Shown: positions 60,970-64,000 of the stretch, one piece after another | Position numbering within the stretch: the stretch's first letter is position 1 | Layout: each line of letters opens with the position of its first letter | NCBI RefSeq assembly: GCF_026571515.1 | Contig: NW_026865396.1 | Span: forward strand, 310,001-374,000 | Direction of reading: 5' to 3' | DNA from: Ruditapes philippinarum | Lineage: Eukaryota | Length of the DNA stretch: 64,000 bases | Translations under genes and position numbers: made by a program | The notes under the pieces: generated by a model | Database searches by the model: none | What the model was told of the DNA's origin: nothing | Seen by the model: only the letters and a program-made list of their open reading frames with translations

Positions 60970-61903
60970 GCAGGCAAATAACAACAGCAACACATATTTT
61001 ATACCTGCCGCGAATGATTTGTTATAAATTGTAAGTCCAACTTGGCGACAGAGCTGTCTGATTCAAGTTTACCATGCTCTCTACTCTCGTGTTTCTGTCC
61101 TTTAGAATCTGTTGCTAATAGAAAAATAATACATGTTACAATTTAGCGTCAAACTTGACAATGTTTTTTTTATATATCTAACGTCTGATATATCTAACGT
61201 CTTTTGCGTTCATGACGTCATACCAGGATTATTCTATTTTTTCCAAACGTGTGATGTACTGCTATTACGTTTTTTTCTGTACGAAATCTGCTGTGGTCAT
61301 AGTATTATTTTTACAATAGCTTTGGTCTTAGACCAGGTTTACATTTTCTGATCATGGTCATGTAAATACATCATTAGATAAAGAAAGAGACGCTTGTTTT
61401 TGGTTGAGTCCATTATGTTTTGTTTAGGGGTGAAATGTGAAACCTAAATCTATTTAATTATACTCAGATTTGTCAAATATGTTTGTAATAAACTGTTTTG
61501 CAGGCGACAACACTTAGCCAAAAGTGTAAAAAATTAAAAAGGTAACACGCGGGGTGAATTTGTTGAAATTTACGTAACGTCAAATGTAGATATGTAGAGG
61601 TCCCCCCACCGTCCCTCCATCGCACCTACCCTTCTCCAAGACTCCCAGATCTCCGAGATTTTCGATAAAAGAATTCTTATACTAAACTCTTATTCAAGTA
61701 CATGTCATGAAGAATTATGTTTGACAGCAGGCATTATACTTTTATTTCAGTTTTGTTTCTGATTTATATAACTCAATTCATTCCCTTGTTTTGCTGATCG
61801 ATTGACTGCTTTTGTCATGCTAACATACACCTTAAAATAAAGTAACACAACAATTTGTAATAACCATAACATTCAGTATTTGTAACTTACTATTAAGCAG
61901 CAT
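48084..61903 (-). CDS. PRD-class (paired-like, Q50) homeobox gene, DRGX-like helix 2-3; in-frame TAG in exon 4
   Basis: Proposed exons 61891-61903 (tentative), 61005-61108, 49452-49586, 48556-48809, 48084-48147; phases compatible. Homeodomain [46 protein letters not shown]|[12 protein letters not shown], with the PRD-typical intron between residues 46 and 47. Confidence 0.8.
48556..48809 (-). CDS. Homeobox exon: recognition helix plus C-terminal region (TAG at 48675-48677)
   Basis: [83 protein letters not shown], then AG|GTTAGT. Confidence 0.85.
49452..49586 (-). CDS. Homeobox exon, homeodomain residues 2-46
   Basis: [45 protein letters not shown]; tttcag acceptor, CAG|GTAAAT donor; 135 nt. 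Confidence 0.93.
49698..50050 (+). repeat. Dispersed repeat family C, copy 2
   Basis: Matches 16497-16812. Confidence 0.75.
50358..52860 (+). repeat. Tandem array (left arm): 3 x 38 bp, then ~19 x ~127 bp
   Basis: AAAATCTAAAACTTTATTG recurs every ~126-127 nt; internal GCGGGCTA(G/A)CAGTGT subrepeats. Confidence 0.95.
54266..54294. mobile_element. 29-bp palindrome with 7-bp target duplication (ATACGAC)
   Basis: ATACGAC|CACGGATTTATATATATATAAAATCCGTG|ATACGAC. Confidence 0.78.
55325..55800 (-). mobile_element. Two degenerate SINE remnants inside the foldback loop
   Basis: 55325-55480 resembles the SINE body above. 55600-55795 carries ggatcttttatgtg..gcaccgatacacgg..catccgaaagac and an antisense B-box-like gggtcgaactc, suggesting a second SINE family. 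Confidence 0.5.
56190..58294 (-). repeat. Tandem array (right arm, inverted): ~16 x ~127 bp plus 4 x 38 bp
   Basis: CAATAAAGTTTTAGATTTT recurs every ~127 nt; reverse complement of the left array. Confidence 0.95.
58602..58849. other. Assembly gap (248 N)
   Basis: Run of N, preceded by a (TAAA)n tract. Confidence 1.
61005..61108 (-). CDS. Probable upstream exon of the homeobox gene ([34 protein letters not shown])
   Basis: Acceptor ttttctattagcaacag, donor CAG|GTATAA, phase 0. Splicing to 49586 rebuilds the N-terminal arm SRQ-RRQRT. Confidence 0.65.
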
Positions 61904-62820
61904 ATGTCTCGGGATTTGTGTCCGCTTTCATTAAAACTTAAAGCATGTATGTTATCACCTGAACAAAATAAAAACATTTTATAAAGTAACTACAAAACGT
62001 ATTTGTTTTGTATAGTCAAAGCAGAAAATTTTAATTTTGTAGACAGAATTTTCTTCAACTTTGCATGAATAAAGATAATCATAATTGAACAAAGACATGA
62101 TAGAAATTTGTGGTTCCTTTCCTATATTTTTCACCAGGTGAGTGTTATTTAAATTATTTATGTGCCTAAAAGTAATCAAGATTAAACGAATATTAAAAAT
62201 TACGAATGCAAAAACACAGTTATCAAATTAATAAACAACGTAGGTACAATTGAAAGTTTCAAACAATCCAATCTCACAAATACGTTCTAAACAAAACTAA
62301 ACGAAACAACTACATGTGCGACTTAACCATGCATATTATACATAATATGGCGAACATTTATGGACATTATTTGATACTTGATAACGTCGTTCATGCTCAT
62401 TCAAAAATTAAGGACGTTAAAATTTAGAATCTTTATTTTGTGAAAATGAATAGAAATATAAACAAAAAACATGAACAGATATTGCTTCTTTGCACCAATG
62501 TAAAAATAACATACAGTAGAACTTCGGTAAGTCGAAGTTCGAGGGCATTTCGTAAAAACTTCGACACATCGGGACTTCGACTAATGAATTGGTCTGAATT
62601 TCATGATAAAATTCCAACCCGTGACTAGCCCTTATTATAAGATCTATAACGTAACCTTTTTCATGTTTTTCTTTCATTCATTAATCTAATATTTTACATT
62701 ATACAATAATAAATATGACATGTTAAATAACTTTTCACGGCTAATGTTTTGGACTACCTATCAAAACACGTCTGTTTTACGTTTAATATTGATTTTGTTA
62801 CCTGCTTAAGTTACATTGAA

Positions 62821-62935
62821 ACTTCCGCATTCCGGCCGCTATACCCGATATTACAGAGGACATAATGGCGGCGAAGGTTTAACTTGCAGTGAAAAATTTC
62901 TAGATTTAAAGTTTGGAAAAAATAGGCTATCTAAG
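62821..62935 (+). promoter_or_regulatory. Putative TSS region / non-coding first exon of TRIM-like copy 2
   Basis: Same motifs as copy 1 (YY1-like at 62862-62872); donor AAG|GTTTGT at 62936. Confidence 0.6.
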
Positions 62936-63817
62936 GTTTGTTACTTATTCTTTTTACATTTTTCCTTTCATTTAACAAAACAATGATTATTATTTTTTAT
63001 TTAAATGAGATTATATTGATAAAGTAGATCTAGAAGTTAAACATACACATTCAATCAACAAATTAAAATACAACGATCTTCTTAATGATTCAGTAATTAA
63101 ACGTTGAGGAAAGTTCGATGACTATCTATTAATTTCTTTAAATTCATTTAGTAAAAATACAGAAATGTATAGGTATATTTGATATAAGTAATATTATTTA
63201 AAGTTTAATTTACATTGGTATTGAATGAGAGAGAAGAGGAAAACTTGTTTTAACCTGTTTGGTAATACAAGTTTGAAATTACTTTATGATATTAAATATC
63301 CACGTTTATCATTGTGTACAAATATATCAGATATCCATATCTTGGCATGATTTCAAAACTCAGTTACATTTTTGTTGAGAGAATGGATAGTCTTACTTTA
63401 AAGCGACATGCCTCCAAATTCATGCTTATTTTCATGAAAAGTTTGAAAAAAGTATTAAAAAGTAAAATATTGGCAAGTGAGCATAGAAAGTAATCAACAC
63501 ATTAAAAACGGCACTTTCAACCAAATTCGATAAGCAAAGAGAAGTAAATGTGGACAAAAAAACCTTATAGTATCGCAATATAAATATTATGATAAATACT
63601 GCAAAAATCAGTCGTTACTTATTATTTTTTACATTTTATAAAATCTTAGAACATTTTTTTTTAAAACTACTATAATTGATTTTAACTGACAAATCAATGT
63701 ACTGAGTAAAACGAAAAGGTTTCCTAGGAGTTTTTTATGTTGTAAATTACATTAGTAAAATAGTAATCACCAAGAATTAAAATGAAGTAATCCGAAATTT
63801 TTCATTGTAGAATAAAA

Positions 63818-64000
63818 ATGGAGGTTTCTGGCAAGCGAAGAACTAAATTGACATATTCGGTATCACATGGGTCTGCTGAAGACTTTGTATTATTCTGTAT
63901 CCCATGTGATAGAGATGGTAAACGGGTTCCAGCTAAAGGGTTCTGTACAACTTGCAATGAACATCTTTGTAAAACCTGTTACAAGCATCATAAGAAACCA
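63818..64000 (+). CDS. 5' part of a tandem paralogue of the B-box/NHL TRIM-like gene (runs off the window)
   Basis: MEVSGKRRTKLTYSVSHGSAEDFVLFCIPCDRDGKRVPAKGFCTTCNEHLCKTCYKHHKKP; 55 of 61 residues identical to the 39713 ORF; acceptor tag at 63808-63810. Confidence 0.9.
   Translation, partial: MEVSGKRRTKLTYSVSHGSAEDFVLFCIPCDRDGKRVPAKGFCTTCNEHLCKTCYKHHKKP

Larger units (their letters stand above)
61735..64000 (+). other. Segmental duplicate of about 37190-39895 (promoter, 5'UTR exon, intron, CDS start)
   Basis: Collinear blocks such as cattcccttgtt..cgattga, gattaaacga..aattacgaatgcaaaa and cgttgaggaaagttcgatgactatc occur in both regions. Confidence 0.9.

Overview
AT-rich, intron-containing, repeat-dense animal genomic DNA. 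A bivalve mollusc is inferred from the tRNA-derived SINE and MITE types and the RING-less B-box/NHL gene family. Genes: (1) a complete 8-coding-exon thiopurine S-methyltransferase (TPMT) on the minus strand (4811-13954, 240 aa); (2) an intronless-CDS B-box/B-box/coiled-coil/NHL-like TRIM-type gene (39713-41515) and the 5' end of a close tandem paralogue (63818 to window end); (3) a Q50 PRD-class homeobox gene on the minus strand (about 48084-61903), missed by the ORF track, with an in-frame TAG in its fourth exon; (4) an orphan fragment of ribonucleotide reductase small subunit (36539-36682). The homeobox gene's 11.4-kb intron holds a ~7.9-kb foldback element whose 2.1-2.5-kb inverted arms are built from 38-bp and ~127-bp tandem repeats. 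Two 28-29-bp CA...TG palindromes with 7-bp target duplications look like P-superfamily excision footprints. The rest is SINEs, MITEs, a decayed LINE reverse transcriptase, a minisatellite and a 248-N assembly gap. All family assignments are by eye; no database search was run.
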